A stretch of 64,000 bases of DNA from an uncultured Pseudomonadota bacterium (GTDB lineage: Bacteria; SAR324; NAC60-12), in NCBI GenBank assembly GCA_913020725.1, contig CAJWCD010000001.1:23564-87563 (forward strand). Reading direction: 5' to 3'. The translations under genes were made by a program, and so were the position numbers. The first letter of the stretch is position 1. The number at the start of each line of letters is the position of its first letter. Positions 63,396-64,000 of this stretch are shown here, piece by piece. Under the pieces are notes generated by a model. It ran no database searches. It saw only the letters and a list, made by a program, of their open reading frames with translations, and had not been told where the DNA came from.

Positions 63396-64000
63396 ATGTC
63401 TAGACTTTCAGTATTTTTTCAAACCCTTAAGGTGAATTTAGAATTTAATAAACAATATCAATTATTTATATTAAATATAGGCTATCATAAACCTGCTTTG
63501 AACAGAATCGAGTTGTACAACAAGTGGTTGGACGCCTATCTTCCTTGCGTAGGCATTCAAGTTAATCCGAGATCACCTTTTGGAGAGTTGCGGGAGGTTT
63601 ATCAACTGGTAGAGCAACTGGATGGGTACTATGTACGCCAAGATGAGTTAAAGCATTTGCTACGCCATTGCCGTGTTCTCACGGCAGCTCAGCAAGAACA
63701 ACTCGTTGAAGCAATCGTAAGGTTTTTGCGCCTGATCGAGCAGGCGGAGTTGAACCCGGAGCGTCTTGTTGAGGAGCAACGACTAGAAGACTGGTGGAGA
63801 TTGTTTCCGGAGGGACAGGAGTGGGGTGTACTGGAGTGGTTGTGTTCGTTGGGATTGGAAGTTCCGTATTCGCGTGATGGGGATCGAGCTTGGAGTCGTG
63901 TTGTTCATGGACGCACCCCAGAAGCAAGCGAGCATCCACGAGAGTGGGTGCAGCATTGTCGGAAGGAAGGGGCAGAAGTTTGGGGAGATGCAATAAGCGC
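63396..64000 (+). CDS. Hypothetical protein, 5' portion (open to window end)
   Basis: Not in the track because it has no in-window stop. An ATG at 63396 after a ~130-bp AT-rich gap opens a frame with no stop to position 64000 (MSRLSVFFQTLKVNLEFNKQYQLF...LVEAIVRFLRLIEQAELNPERLVEE...). GC and codon usage rise to coding-like levels from about 63530. Confidence 0.4.
   Translation, partial: MSRLSVFFQTLKVNLEFNKQYQLFILNIGYHKPALNRIELYNKWLDAYLPCVGIQVNPRSPFGELREVYQLVEQLDGYYVRQDELKHLLRHCRVLTAAQQEQLVEAIVRFLRLIEQAELNPERLVEEQRLEDWWRLFPEGQEWGVLEWLCSLGLEVPYSRDGDRAWSRVVHGRTPEASEHPREWVQHCRKEGAEVWGDAIS

Noticed and set aside
63679-63993. 104-aa minus-strand ORF at the window end
   Set aside because: A longer, unterminated plus-strand frame covers the same DNA and connects to an ATG just past the AT-rich gap. 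The minus-strand ORF is more likely the antisense shadow.

Overview
The window is a gene-dense chromosomal segment (about 55-58% GC by eye) from a diderm (Gram-negative) bacterium. It is dominated by housekeeping genes. I found no rRNA, tRNA, CRISPR array, transposase or integrase.

Functionally assignable genes:
- DNA replication, repair and recombination: a dnaN-recF-gyrB-der block with no dnaA next to dnaN, a tandem-fused double UvrA of 1846 aa, uvrC, recA, dprA, and xth with an N-terminal extension.
- Protein export and turnover: secA, clpS-clpA, a Lon N-terminal-domain protein, and a lone GspF/PilC-like gene.
- Translation and RNA: rpsB (5' part only, running off the window start), rpmB, smpB, cca, rsmE, and a RimI-like acetyltransferase.
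- Core metabolism: pyrE, cysE-like, pheA (prephenate dehydratase), glyA, ribF, cmk, selU, and a NUDIX CoA pyrophosphatase.
- Envelope and LPS sugar genes: hldE, a GT9 heptosyltransferase, UDP-glucuronate decarboxylase, a GlmU-like nucleotidyltransferase followed by glmS, two periplasmic DsbA-like CxxC proteins, and two tandem small beta-barrel OMP paralogs.
- Motility and signalling: motA-motB, a FliN/SctQ (SpoA-domain) gene translationally coupled to the heptosyltransferase, and a membrane-anchored PilZ-domain protein.

Non-routine observations:
1. The UvrA-UvrA fusion has four Walker A sites, and the second copy has lost its first zinc-module cysteines.
2. serA is broken by two single-base +1 insertions.
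3. A 220-bp AT-rich region upstream of dnaN carries three TTGATAA-type DnaA-box-like repeats and is a candidate oriC.
4. A poorly conserved 1.9-kb segment (30.5-32.4 kb) holds a heptosyltransferase-coupled hypothetical, an orphan ribbon-helix-helix gene, a terminator-like hairpin followed by an SD-led 33-codon ORF, an inverted repeat and direct repeats, and a proline-rich hypothetical.
5. A 759-aa protein combines a periplasmic beta-propeller-like domain with a cytoplasmic J domain.
6. A secreted TPR protein of about 905 aa lies in a markedly lower-GC stretch.
7. A short GyrA/ParC-like subunit lacks the C-terminal domain.
8. A U32-peptidase homolog appears to lack the conserved cysteines.

All functional calls rest on motif and family recognition by eye. 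No database search was run.
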